From Candidatus Binatia bacterium (lineage in GTDB: Bacteria > Desulfobacterota > Binatia > Bin18): 64,000 bases of DNA. Location of the stretch: contig OY761159.2 in the NCBI GenBank assembly GCA_963664395.2, positions 3,520,001 through 3,584,000 on the forward strand, in the 5' to 3' direction. Shown here piece by piece: positions 40,148 to 50,657 of this stretch. The notes under the pieces are model-generated. The model saw nothing but the letters and a program-made list of their open reading frames with translations. It had not been told where the DNA came from and made no database searches. A program made the position numbers and the translations under genes. Position 1 is the stretch's first letter. Each line of letters begins with the position of its first letter.

Positions 40148-42472
40148 ATGATTGATCCGAACAGTCCCGATTACACCAACACCCCGGCCTCGGACCGGCG
40201 TCCGGGCTATGGCTATCGCCCGGTTGATCCGACCGCCCCGCCGGTCGTGACCATCGTGACGCCGTATTGCAACACCGGGGCGATTTTTCATGAGACGGCG
40301 CGGTCCGTCTTGCGGCAGTCTTTCCAGCAGTGGGAATGGATCATTGTCAACGACGGTTCTACCGACCCGGAAGCGCTGGCTGTTCTCGACTCCTACCGCA
40401 ACACAGACACAAGGATTCGGATTATTGATCACAAGGTCAACCAGGGGCCCAGCGCCGGACGGAATACTGCGTATCGGGCCGCCCGTGCAGAGTACATCGT
40501 CCAGCTCGATACGGACAATATGCTGGAGCCAACAGCTATAGAAAAATGGATCTGGCTATTGGAATCCTATCCCGAATTCGCGTTTGTGAAAGGCTACTCG
40601 GTCGGCTTTGATGCCCGTGAATATCTCTGGGATCAGGGATTCCACAACGGTGGCGTCTTCCTTGAACAGAATCTGGTGGACATCACCAGCGCGCTGCGGC
40701 GCAGCGTGCATACTGCCGTCGGCGGCTATGACGAAACGATTCGAGGCGGACTGGAAGACTGGGACTTCTGGCTGCACTGCGCCAGTCAGGGCCATTGGGG
40801 CACAACGCTGCCGGAGTATCTCGACTGGTACCGCCGCCGCGATAATCACGGCGAGCGCTGGGATAACTGGGATGGTGGGAAGCGCGAGGCTGACTTTCGG
40901 AAACAACTGCGTCAGCGCTACCCGCGTCTCTGGGAAGATTTTCCTACCCCCCAAGCCGCGCCGCTTACGCCGTATGAAACCGTCTCCGATACCTTGCCGT
41001 GGGATAATCGACTCCAAAAGGAAAAACCCCGCCTGTTATTGATCGTGCCGTGGCTGGCCATGGGCGGGTCGGACAAGTTCAATCTGGATTTGCTCGGCCA
41101 ACTCGTCCGGCGAGGCTGGGAAGTGACCATTGCCACAACGCTCAGCGGCGATCATCCCTGGCTGGCCCAATACGCTGGCTTGACGCCCGATATTTTTATC
41201 CTGTACCATTTTCTTCGACCGGCGGACTATCCGCGCTTTGTGCGCTATCTGATCCACAGCCGGGAGATGGACGCCGTGCTCGTCTCGCATAGCGAATTCG
41301 GCTACCAACTCCTGCCCTATCTGCGAGCGTATTTCCCCAGGCTGCCCTTGCTCGATTTTTGTCATATTGAAGAAGAGGCGTGGAAGAACGGCGGCTATCC
41401 GCAGATGTCGGTCACCTACCAGGAAACGCTTGATCGTAGCCTGGTTTCGTCGGAACATCTGAAAGGCTGGATGGCAGGGCGGGGTGCGGACCCGGCTGCC
41501 ATCCAAGTCTGTCATACGAATATCGACGCCGACTATTGGCAGCCCGACGCCGAGCGGGGCCGCCGTGCCCGCCAGCAATACGATATTGCTGCATCAACGC
41601 CGCTGATTGTGTTTGTCGGACGCATCTGTGCGCAAAAACAACCGAAAGTACTGGCGCAGACAGCCCTCCGCCTTGCTCAGGACCGGACGGATTTCGTACT
41701 GGTGGTTGCCGGCGACGGGCCGGATTTTGGGTGGCTCAAGACTTTTATTCGCAAGCACCGGCTGGAGCGACAGGTCCGCCTTGTTGGGGCGTTGTCCAAT
41801 ACAGACATTAGGGACCTGCTGGCCGCGGCGGACATGTTCTTTCTCCCCTCCGAATGGGAGGGCATTGCGCTTTCGGTCTATGAAGCCCTGGCCTGCGGGG
41901 TGCCGGTTGTGGGGGCTGATGTGGGCGGACAGCGTGAGCTGGTCACGCCCGAATGCGGGGTGCTGATTGACCGTGAGTCGGAAGAAGACGAAGCCCGGCA
42001 GTATGCGACCGTCCTGGCCCGACTGCTGGACGAGCCGGAGCAACGGAAAAGCATGGGCCGGCAGGGGCGTCAGCGTATTCTGGATCACTTTCGACTGGAG
42101 CAGATGACCGAGAACATTCTGGCAGCATACGAAGCAGCACGGCAGGAACGGGGCGCGGCCACCGCGCCGGTTCCCGGCCTTGGTCTCGGGCGCGCCTGTG
42201 CAACCCAAGCGGTGGAGTATCTGCGGATCACAACCGTGACGGACTGGCTCTGGCAGGAACAGGAGCAGGGCACTGGACAAGGGCAGGGAACGAGCTTGAT
42301 TCCGGCCCACCTTGTGGCCGCGTATGGCCACTCCTGGCGTACGGTATTGTATTTTTCGGTCCGGCGGATGTTCTTGCCGGTGTATACGGCCTTGCTCAAG
42401 ACAAACCGTCCGTGGCTGTTATCCCTGAAAAATCGTCTCAAACGGCGCTTGCTCCGTGAGGGAACTCCATGA
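40148..42472 (+). CDS. GT2-GT4 fusion glycosyltransferase
   Basis: VNDGSTD, LDTDN, EDWDFW, PSEWEGIALSVYEA. Confidence 0.9.
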   Translation: MIDPNSPDYTNTPASDRRPGYGYRPVDPTAPPVVTIVTPYCNTGAIFHETARSVLRQSFQQWEWIIVNDGSTDPEALAVLDSYRNTDTRIRIIDHKVNQGPSAGRNTAYRAARAEYIVQLDTDNMLEPTAIEKWIWLLESYPEFAFVKGYSVGFDAREYLWDQGFHNGGVFLEQNLVDITSALRRSVHTAVGGYDETIRGGLEDWDFWLHCASQGHWGTTLPEYLDWYRRRDNHGERWDNWDGGKREADFRKQLRQRYPRLWEDFPTPQAAPLTPYETVSDTLPWDNRLQKEKPRLLLIVPWLAMGGSDKFNLDLLGQLVRRGWEVTIATTLSGDHPWLAQYAGLTPDIFILYHFLRPADYPRFVRYLIHSREMDAVLVSHSEFGYQLLPYLRAYFPRLPLLDFCHIEEEAWKNGGYPQMSVTYQETLDRSLVSSEHLKGWMAGRGADPAAIQVCHTNIDADYWQPDAERGRRARQQYDIAASTPLIVFVGRICAQKQPKVLAQTALRLAQDRTDFVLVVAGDGPDFGWLKTFIRKHRLERQVRLVGALSNTDIRDLLAAADMFFLPSEWEGIALSVYEALACGVPVVGADVGGQRELVTPECGVLIDRESEEDEARQYATVLARLLDEPEQRKSMGRQGRQRILDHFRLEQMTENILAAYEAARQERGAATAPVPGLGLGRACATQAVEYLRITTVTDWLWQEQEQGTGQGQGTSLIPAHLVAAYGHSWRTVLYFSVRRMFLPVYTALLKTNRPWLLSLKNRLKRRLLREGTP

Positions 42473-43155
42473 GAGATGTGCGGGATACCTATATTAGCCA
42501 GGTTGCGGCTGGAAAATCGTTTGCCGATGTTGGCGGGCTGTGGGGGACCGTGAATGAAAAGGTTTCGGTTGCCCATACCCACGGCGCGCGGGCGCTGACC
42601 ATGATCGATGTCTCACCGCACGACAGTGAGCTGTGGGCATTGTTTGATGAGCGGCGGCGCACGCTCCGGCTGCCGACTGTTGAGTGTGTGAGCGGAGATA
42701 TTCTGACCTTGGCAGAGGCAGACCCCCGCCCGCAGTTCGATGTCGTGCACTGTTCCGGAGTGCTGTATCACATGCCTGAGCCCATGCAGTTTTTACGTGC
42801 CCTACGCAAGATAACCCGTGAGGCCCTCGTCCTCACTTCGGCGATCACCGCGACTCGGGTCGAAAGCGCAAAAGGGATCCTTGAGATTCCTGCCGCGGCC
42901 ATGCTGTGTATCCCGGCCCTTCAAGGCCGAGAGCGTGAGATCGTGCAATCCTATTGGCGGGGCATTGTCGGCGATGGGGCGTTCGGCATCACTCAGGAGG
43001 TGGCGGAGTGGAGTTTTGAGGATTTCGGCCCCTGGTGGTGGCTGCCGACGGCTGAGGCGCTCAGAGCTATGTGTGAGGTGGCCGGGTTCCGCCATGAAGC
43101 CGGAGCGCCAAGTTGGAATGGTAATGCCTACACCTTGCGGCTGTCTGTGCGGTAG
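42469..43155 (+). CDS. class I SAM methyltransferase
   Basis: FADVGGLWG, FDVVHCSGVLYH, WWLP. Confidence 0.8.
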   Translation: MRDVRDTYISQVAAGKSFADVGGLWGTVNEKVSVAHTHGARALTMIDVSPHDSELWALFDERRRTLRLPTVECVSGDILTLAEADPRPQFDVVHCSGVLYHMPEPMQFLRALRKITREALVLTSAITATRVESAKGILEIPAAAMLCIPALQGREREIVQSYWRGIVGDGAFGITQEVAEWSFEDFGPWWWLPTAEALRAMCEVAGFRHEAGAPSWNGNAYTLRLSVR

Positions 43156-43197
43156 AACATTCCGGTTTGTATTACATTGTAGGGGGGGAGTTTCAAA

Positions 43198-45849
43198 TCA
43201 TGGCTCTTCAGCAGCGAGTTTATCGCCCACATGAAGCCTAATGGCCGGAGGGAGTAACCTGTCGTCGCGGAGCATGGGTGGATACTGAAGCTCGGAGACA
43301 CGCCCGTCTTCTGACACAGCAAAGACACGCAGGGTCAGGGGAGAGCTTTTCGAGAAATTATCCAATGGCAAGGTATAGCGGAAGCCGGATTGGCGAAGTG
43401 CCGGTTTTCTAAAGTGGCTGGCTACGTCCGGTCGAACAACACCAAACCCACCAGCGTGAAAAAATTCTCCATTGACATAAACCCAGATCTCTTTAGCGAT
43501 TTGAGTCTGTTCAACATCGGCCGCCCAGCCGGCCAACTCAAAATGTCCATCATGTATTTTGCCCAGATCGACCCAGCCTTGGAGGGAAGAGACGACTACC
43601 GGGTGAAGAGTTCCCTGTGGAGACATGATCATAGGTTGATTGGGAGAAGGATATGGGGGCAACTGGTCAAAAATTCCCGTGGGTCGTAGCAATGTAATCT
43701 TTTCGGCCGTCTTCGAAATAATAAATATTTCGATATCATTTGCGCCCTGCTGAAATGCTTCTTCTGCCACAATTGCAGACCAAGCTCCTGACTCACCTTT
43801 GACCGAGAATTGCCATGGCCGGGTTACGGCCTGAATTGTGCCATTCACTGCGACCGCCAAGGTATGGGTAGTCTTGGCGTCTTCTTGCGAACGGATTCGG
43901 CCGGTGATGTGAGCGGGAATAAAGGCTGATTCAATATCGACAGCAGCAAAGAGATCAGGAGAGTCATACTTGATAGAGATCGTATGGTCCTCTCTATGGT
44001 TAAAATCGGAGAGTGGACGACCGGTGAGAGAACGGGACTCGCCGTTGTGAATAAGCCCCAAATCCCGGGGAGATACATCCCCCGAAGTAAGACTAAGCTT
44101 ATAGTCAACGGACTCTTGCAGTATCTGCTGTGAAATAGGCACAAGGCTCAGGCGTTTGTCTATATCCTTGAACGAGAAAAAGGAGAGAGCTTCTCGCTTG
44201 TTGTTAGCATTCAAGGCGGATTGTCCATCTGTTGGCCAGGGGAGTGTAACGCCTAAAAGCTCTGCCACGGTCGGCAAGATATCAGTTGTTTCGACGGAAG
44301 ATTCGATCAGGAGTGCTTCCTGCTGGTATGGTGCCTTAATAAAGAATGGGACCAGGGCAATATCACCGTGATTAGTATCTGTCATTTGGCGATGAAACCC
44401 ACCGGCTCGAAAATTGACTCCGTGGTCGGAGGTAATAATGATGAGAGAACGATCATAGAGGCCAACTTGACGAAGGTGAGCAAGTAGCTGTCCCAAAAGA
44501 TTATCTACAAATTTGACTTGGAGAAGATAGCGTTGGTAGTTCTGCGCAATCGCCCATGTGTCATTCCCCCATTGAGCTTTACTGTGCTCAGAAAGCCCAG
44601 CGAGGTCTCTATCTCTGCTGTACAGTTTTCCTGACGGCAAATAGTTGTAAAGGACATGGGGGAGAAGAATATGAAGATAATGGAGGGTTGGTTGTGGTTG
44701 GGGCTTAATGGCATTCGCAAATTCGGCAAACTGTTCAAAACGGTCAACCCACATACCCTCGGTTATGGAATCCCAAATATCTTTTTTGATTCGTGCTTTC
44801 CCCTTTTTGTCAATAGGAGAAGAAACAGGAATGTAGGGAGAAGGCGTTCCGCCAAAGTTCATCCAATTTTGGGTAATAGGGGGAAGCCATACACGTAGGT
44901 CCGACGGAAGGAGCAGATGAAGATAGACAATTGATAGGTCGGAGCCAAGGGCCACGAGGTGTTGAGGCAGACTGTCCTTCCTGGGCTTATTACAGAGTGC
45001 ATCGGGACAGAGCATGGTGAAGGTACCGAATGTTTTAATTGTATAGGCGTCTTGCAAGAGGGTAAAAATGTTGTGGGGATGATCATTTGCTATAGGCAGA
45101 AGAGAAGAATCTGGATATCGCCCTGTTAGTATAGCCGGGATCGCGTACAGTGTTGTGTCACTCACGGTGGTGGTATTTTTGAACCACGTTGCATTCTTCG
45201 CAAAAGCCGCGAAATTCGGATATTGAGCAGGGTCAATCTGCAAATCCTTGTCAAGCAGAGAGACCAAAGAGAACTCGTCAAAAACCACCATGACGATAGG
45301 CGGTGGATTGTCAATCTCGACTCCCGTAACAGCAACTTCTTCTTGAGAAAAAAGAATATTCGAGACCGGAGAGAAGAAGAGAAAGAGGGCTGGCACGAGC
45401 ACCAGGCCGGGCGAGAGCAGGGTGAAAAATGTCCGTATCACGGGGAAGCGGTAATAGCCGACGACCGTGAGCAGGCCAATCAGACTAGCACTGGCAACGA
45501 GAATGGCACCTGGCACATGTGGTACTGCCTGCACGACTTGAACTGCGAGGGCAGCCAAGCAAACTGCTAATAGACACAACAGCAGCCCAAGACTTACCCC
45601 TCTATGAATCCAACTCATCACCCATGCCGGGAGCAGGAGCAGGGTAGGGAAGCCCAGGAACAGGAGCAGGACAAACAGGATGATATCGAGCGGGGCAGAC
45701 TGGCGGATGACAAAGAATTCAGCGTGACGAGACAGGAGATCGAATAACGGCTGCGTCACTGCGAAATTCCACACTATCAGGAAGTGCAGGCTGCACAGTG
45801 CAAGCCCTGGATAGCGGGATATGGGGAAGGCTGGTTGATGCTGGCTCAT
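43198..45849 (-). CDS. membrane-bound alkaline-phosphatase/sulfatase-superfamily protein
   Basis: About 5 N-terminal TM helices, VVFDEF, T..AIPAILTG, LLPH, TSDHG, DILPT. Confidence 0.85.
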   Translation of the reverse strand: MSQHQPAFPISRYPGLALCSLHFLIVWNFAVTQPLFDLLSRHAEFFVIRQSAPLDIILFVLLLFLGFPTLLLLPAWVMSWIHRGVSLGLLLCLLAVCLAALAVQVVQAVPHVPGAILVASASLIGLLTVVGYYRFPVIRTFFTLLSPGLVLVPALFLFFSPVSNILFSQEEVAVTGVEIDNPPPIVMVVFDEFSLVSLLDKDLQIDPAQYPNFAAFAKNATWFKNTTTVSDTTLYAIPAILTGRYPDSSLLPIANDHPHNIFTLLQDAYTIKTFGTFTMLCPDALCNKPRKDSLPQHLVALGSDLSIVYLHLLLPSDLRVWLPPITQNWMNFGGTPSPYIPVSSPIDKKGKARIKKDIWDSITEGMWVDRFEQFAEFANAIKPQPQPTLHYLHILLPHVLYNYLPSGKLYSRDRDLAGLSEHSKAQWGNDTWAIAQNYQRYLLQVKFVDNLLGQLLAHLRQVGLYDRSLIIITSDHGVNFRAGGFHRQMTDTNHGDIALVPFFIKAPYQQEALLIESSVETTDILPTVAELLGVTLPWPTDGQSALNANNKREALSFFSFKDIDKRLSLVPISQQILQESVDYKLSLTSGDVSPRDLGLIHNGESRSLTGRPLSDFNHREDHTISIKYDSPDLFAAVDIESAFIPAHITGRIRSQEDAKTTHTLAVAVNGTIQAVTRPWQFSVKGESGAWSAIVAEEAFQQGANDIEIFIISKTAEKITLLRPTGIFDQLPPYPSPNQPMIMSPQGTLHPVVVSSLQGWVDLGKIHDGHFELAGWAADVEQTQIAKEIWVYVNGEFFHAGGFGVVRPDVASHFRKPALRQSGFRYTLPLDNFSKSSPLTLRVFAVSEDGRVSELQYPPMLRDDRLLPPAIRLHVGDKLAAEEP

Positions 45850-45864
45850 CTATACTCGTGCGCC

Positions 45865-47283
45865 TCACGCCTGGCGTTTACTCCGCGCGTAGTAGAGCCG
45901 GCGCGTGCCTGATTCGAGCGTCTCTTGCTGGTCAATTTCAAATGCGTCGGCCAGACAGCGCTCGAAATAGGTGGTCTCATAGTCCGTATAATGATCGGCC
46001 TTGTGCCGCAGCAGGGTTTGGACCATGGGGTCGTCTCGGGTGACGAATTCTATGACCAGATCAGAGCCGAGACTTGCCAGCCAAGAGACGAATTCTCCAA
46101 GTGGAATATGAGCGCTGATAACCACATGGTGGAGCAAGGCCAGACATAAGGTCAGGTCGGGCGTGCCGCGCTCGATAAGTGCCTTGCGTTCCAGACCACG
46201 CCAGCCGAGATTCGGGGTGGGGTCGGCCACGTTGCTGATGAGCGGCAGGATATTGGGCGCGTGTTCTTGCTTGAGCGCGTTATAGAAGCGTTCAATCACC
46301 AGAGCATCGATATCCATTGCCAGCACATACTCCGCATTTTCCGCGGCAATGCGCGAAAACGTGCCGGTATTGCAGCCCAGGTCCCAGACCAGATTCCAGG
46401 GTCGGGAGTGGCTGATACGCCGCACGAAATCGGCCTTCTGCGCTTGCTCACGTTGCGTGTAGGGGAGGGCTTCTGTGTAGTCGGACCAGGTTGAGCGCGT
46501 CTGCTGCCAGGTCAGCTTGGCAACCTGTTTCCGCAGCCGACTGACATTGGCCTGGATCAACGCCTTATGAAAGCCGGCCTGGCGTAAATCTTTCTTGAGG
46601 TTGCGCTCCGTGTGGGCATAGGACGATTGGGCTTTGGCCTGGAGGATGACATGGGAAAGAATGCCCGGACGAAGCATATCTCTGAGCGACATGAGTTGCG
46701 CGCACTGGGCTGGTTCAATGCCTTCCAGATTGCCACGCAGCCAGGGCTGAAAGGGCACGTCTTTGTAGGCTTGCAGAAAGAGCGGATAGAGAAACAGTTG
46801 ACAGAACTGGCGGTAGCCGACCCACGGTTCGCCGGGCCGCAGCCGCTCGAACGAGGGAATATCGATAAAGACCGGCCGGCTGCCGAACCATTGGACGTTG
46901 AAGGGCGTCGCGTCTTTGAGTGTCATGTCGGTACGCAGCGCGGCGTCCTGGAGTTCGAGGGTCAGCAGCGCGGCGTCCTGCAACATGCTGAACGACCACT
47001 CGTAGGGATAGGAAATAAAGGGAATCGGCTGATGTTGTAAGACGACGGACCATTGTTCGTCTTTGGCCAAGGGCGAGGCGGCCAACTCAATCTGTTCGGT
47101 CCGGACCAGCTTGCCGGCTGTCATGAACTGCTGAAAAAAAGGCTTTGAGGTGAGGGCTTCCCACTCTTGGGCGGCATGCGGGTTGAGGCCGCGCAGGACC
47201 GCTCCGTCCCGGTAAAAGACCCGGTTGGTGCGGTCGCGGAACGAACCCGGCTCGAAGTCAGTCAAGTCGGTCAAGTCGGTCAT
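45865..47283 (-). CDS. NoeA-like kinase-fold + SAM methyltransferase fusion
   Basis: GSFRD, SYPYEW, LKDATPFN, FIDIPSF; C-terminal WDLGCNTG, LALLHH. Confidence 0.8.
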   Translation of the reverse strand: MTDLTDLTDFEPGSFRDRTNRVFYRDGAVLRGLNPHAAQEWEALTSKPFFQQFMTAGKLVRTEQIELAASPLAKDEQWSVVLQHQPIPFISYPYEWSFSMLQDAALLTLELQDAALRTDMTLKDATPFNVQWFGSRPVFIDIPSFERLRPGEPWVGYRQFCQLFLYPLFLQAYKDVPFQPWLRGNLEGIEPAQCAQLMSLRDMLRPGILSHVILQAKAQSSYAHTERNLKKDLRQAGFHKALIQANVSRLRKQVAKLTWQQTRSTWSDYTEALPYTQREQAQKADFVRRISHSRPWNLVWDLGCNTGTFSRIAAENAEYVLAMDIDALVIERFYNALKQEHAPNILPLISNVADPTPNLGWRGLERKALIERGTPDLTLCLALLHHVVISAHIPLGEFVSWLASLGSDLVIEFVTRDDPMVQTLLRHKADHYTDYETTYFERCLADAFEIDQQETLESGTRRLYYARSKRQA

Positions 47284-47310
47284 GGTGAGCGGGGAGAGAG
47301 GGGGGATGAT

Positions 47311-47580
47311 TTACTGCTGTTCAGGCGGAGCTTTAATCTCGATTTCCGAATCAACGGCTGGCGGTTCGGAGGCGGTGTCGGCTTCGGCCCGGCGCAGGCC
47401 AAACATTACCAAGAGCTGCTGCCAGTAGAGTTTGAGCAACACGGCGAAGCCGGCCAGTCCGCCCAGCACGATCTGGAGCAGCATACTGCCGCTGCCCGGA
47501 TCGAGATAGGCAAGGGCCGCAGGAGGCGCTACCAGGCTGAGGAACAAAACAATGAGGCTACAATGTCCAAGCTGTTGCAC
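47311..47580 (-). CDS. small signal-peptide + TM protein (AYLDPGSGS motif)
   Basis: ALA-YLDPGSGS followed by a Gly-rich TM helix. Confidence 0.75.
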   Translation of the reverse strand: MQQLGHCSLIVLFLSLVAPPAALAYLDPGSGSMLLQIVLGGLAGFAVLLKLYWQQLLVMFGLRRAEADTASEPPAVDSEIEIKAPPEQQ

Positions 47581-47683
47581 GCGCTACTCCCCCCGTGTGT
47601 CACGGCTATTCGCATATCTGGCATATACATGTAACACGCGTGTAATAACTGATCCCGGACGTTTTCTCAATGGCGAGGATACT

Positions 47684-47739
47684 GAGGGGATGTGTTCTGC
47701 TCCCCTCCTTGGAGGGGTGGCCGTAGGCCGGGGTGGGTT
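47684..47739 (-). repeat. family A REP unit identical to 27327-27382
   Basis: 56-bp exact inverted match, including the flank CAGAACACATCCCCTC. Confidence 0.85.
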
Positions 47740-47858
47740 CCTTAGGACAGGTGCATGTTGACTGTTTGGCGGTGGCTCTGGTAAATGTGGATACTGTGGA
47801 AAGATGGAAAAGTCGTATGTGGCAAGAGCGTGTATCACCGAGGGGTGAGGGGGAGAAA

Positions 47859-50483
47859 ATGAAAGCAATATTGACAGCAAAAGTAGGCATGTTCCTGGTT
47901 GTTTCCTCAGTCCTCGCAATATGGACGCTCCTGGCCGCCCAGCATGTTCAGGCGCACACGACAAGGAGTCTCTGTCCACTCCTAGTTGTAGCAGCCTTCC
48001 TAACGGCTGACTGGATTTTTTGATGAGGGCAGATGGCCCGTATGCCTCAAGTAGCAGCACTTAACCAGCATTCCCCAGTCTCAACAAAGAAAGGAACCGG
48101 TGAAACCGGAGGGGTAATAAAAACTATTATCACTACGCCAAGATTACGGTCCCCGCACTGACGGCAGGGGAGCTGATGGTGTCTGATGCAACGAACCCCT
48201 GATGGTCCCTCGGACTGGATTCTCTGTCGGGGAAGACAAAGGATTGCGGAATCTCGACCGAGCTACACGACGGCCCATTGCCGAAAAACCAAGCCGACGC
48301 TAATGCCGCGGCCCAAGACCGAGCGCCGAAACCGGCCTTGTTAAGTGATTGCCGGATTCCTAACCCGCTGACCGGCTGACCAAACCGAGTGACATGCATA
48401 GCGCCGCTGCCGATGACGCCTTAAGCACAGCCGCCACCGCCTTGCTCGCCTCCGCCTTAAGGAAGCCGGACGCTGACCATGCGCCGCTGACGCCGACGCC
48501 GACGCTACGACTGCTGCCGACCGCCGAGGGGCCGAAATGCCAGCACTGACGCTGGTCGCCGATACCGCCGGATGTCGCCACCGTGAACGGACTAAGCTCC
48601 GCGGCTCGCCTTGGAACCGCCGCCACCGCCTTACCACTGCCGCCACCGCCTTAGACCGCCGCCGACGCCTTAGACAGCCGTCATATGGATGTCGCATGTC
48701 CATTAACACATTGATCTCGTCGGGAGATGAAGAATATGTGGTGGTCGTTTCGGTCCCGGCAGGTAACCATGCCCTGCCATTGACCGTCTCGTTCGAAAGG
48801 CGTGATGGCTACTGCCGCGTGGATGATCAGAACGGACAGGACGAAGGCTCGTTTACGAGCCCGAATAATCAGCGGATTATCCGCACCCTCGATGACCACC
48901 GCCACCGACCCTGGGCTCCTGACCGTGAAGACGACAGGGAGCGCGGTGGATACGAAGGAACACTTGCGGCTGTACCACCGGCTAGATCGTTGATGGACGA
49001 GGGTAGTGGGGGCAATTTTGAGATTGTTCTCACCAGTAAAGGCCGGATGCTACTACTTATACCTGTGATTGTAGAGGGGACAGACCCGCAGTGAGAGAGG
49101 GGATTACGGCCTGAAGGTGGAGTTCGGAGTCGCAACTTAGGTAATGATAGCGCCCCAGGTTCGAGTCATCGAAAGCGGACCAATACGCTCTGACGCCCGG
49201 TACCGATAATGATGATCTTGAGATGCAGGGATTCCGGACGCGCGGATTACTTCTTTTTTACTTCTGAAGACCGGCTACGGATTCCTGACCGTAGAGACCA
49301 GAGGAAGCCCACGACGGTGTTACAACGGAGACGAACACCACAGGGACGCTCTTTTCACAACTGAAGGGCAGGTTGTGACGGACACTGATAGTGGCACTGG
49401 CAACAATTTCCTGATTCGTGCGCCAATCTCGCCGGGGATTACATTGTAGAGGTGAAGGGGTCGAGTTCATCCACGACAACAACGGACGAGGGGACTACGT
49501 GTTGGTGAACGACCTCCGAAACGGCTACCACTCCTCGGGGATTGCCCTCATCGATGGGAGGCGGTACTACGGGATGCGACTGCGCAAGGCTGTTATTGCG
49601 CTACTGGAGCGGAGTGTGAACCCCCTACTCAATCAATGTCGACAAAGCAGGCACCCTGCAAGTGAAGACGACAGGGACATCGATACGATTGGGGTTCTCT
49701 ATGGGCCGGATGGCCAGCAGATTGCTGAGGACGATGATAGTGGCGACGGACATGAATTTCATGATTCACTCAGGCTGTCGAGGCCGGACAGTATATTGTG
49801 ACGGTAGAGGGGAAGGCCGAGATACGGTGGGTGCTTACACCTTAGTGGTGAACTTCGTAGAGAGCATTGTTGTTGGGACGACAAACCAAGTGGCGGAGTT
49901 GGAGCAGGAGCGGGATACTGCGCTGGCAGAGCGGAATTGCGCGGACTGAGCGGGATGATTTGAGGAGGTGGATGATTTGAGGGACGAGGTCGCTCCGGTT
50001 ACGGTCGATGCGACGGGTAACTTGGGGAATCCTCCCAATGACGGTGGAGTCAGAAGCGGCATTGGGCTCATCTCGGGCTGGGTGTGTGCGGCCAATGAGT
50101 GTCGAGATTCGTATTTCTAATGCCCAAGGATTCTCAACAAGGCAACCCTGAATGCCGCGTATGGCACGACCCGACCCGATACGGTCGGGCAGTGTGGCAT
50201 CAAGAGCCCCAATACCGGGTTTGGGATGACGTACAACTTCAATCATCTGGACGAGGGACATATACGATCGGAGCCTATGCGGACGGTCTCGACGAGCAGA
50301 TTGGCCCGAGCCGCTACTTTTGAGGTCGTCCATCTCATGGACTTTGCAGCCATTGATGACGATAGATTCCTGCGAGGATTGAAGGGTGAGTGTCGCGCGG
50401 ATGATTTCCCTGAAATGGGAGACAAGACGATTCTGGAGTGGGAACAGAGTATCCAGAACTTCGTGATTAGCGACGTGCAGTAA
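47859..50483 (+). pseudogene. multiply frameshifted secreted multidomain protein (Ala-rich region, PPC-like domains, Cys-containing C-terminal domain)
   Basis: Signal peptide MKAILTAKVG...HVQA; DTIGVLYGPDGQQIAEDDDSGDG; GLISGWVC; EWEQSIQNFVI*. Confidence 0.6.
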
Positions 50484-50534
50484 ACCCTTCGGGGCAGGCC
50501 CCTGCGCCTGCCCTCATTCCTCTGCCGTAAAACA

Positions 50535-50562
50535 AGGCCGGCTGAGTAATCAGCCGGCCTTT
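50535..50562 (+). terminator. intrinsic terminator
   Basis: AAGGCCGGCTGA-GTAA-TCAGCCGGCCTTT. Confidence 0.75.
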
Positions 50563-50657
50563 CTGCATCTGAGGATAACAGTTCTTTTATCCCCTCTTGG
50601 GACGTGTGATACCCATTGCGGCGTGGAGGCAATCACAGAACCGGGCTTCTGTCAGCC

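Noticed and set aside
28810-50483. Diversity-generating retroelement behind the variable surface genes
   Set aside because: No reverse transcriptase and no template/variable repeat pair with adenine-specific differences seen
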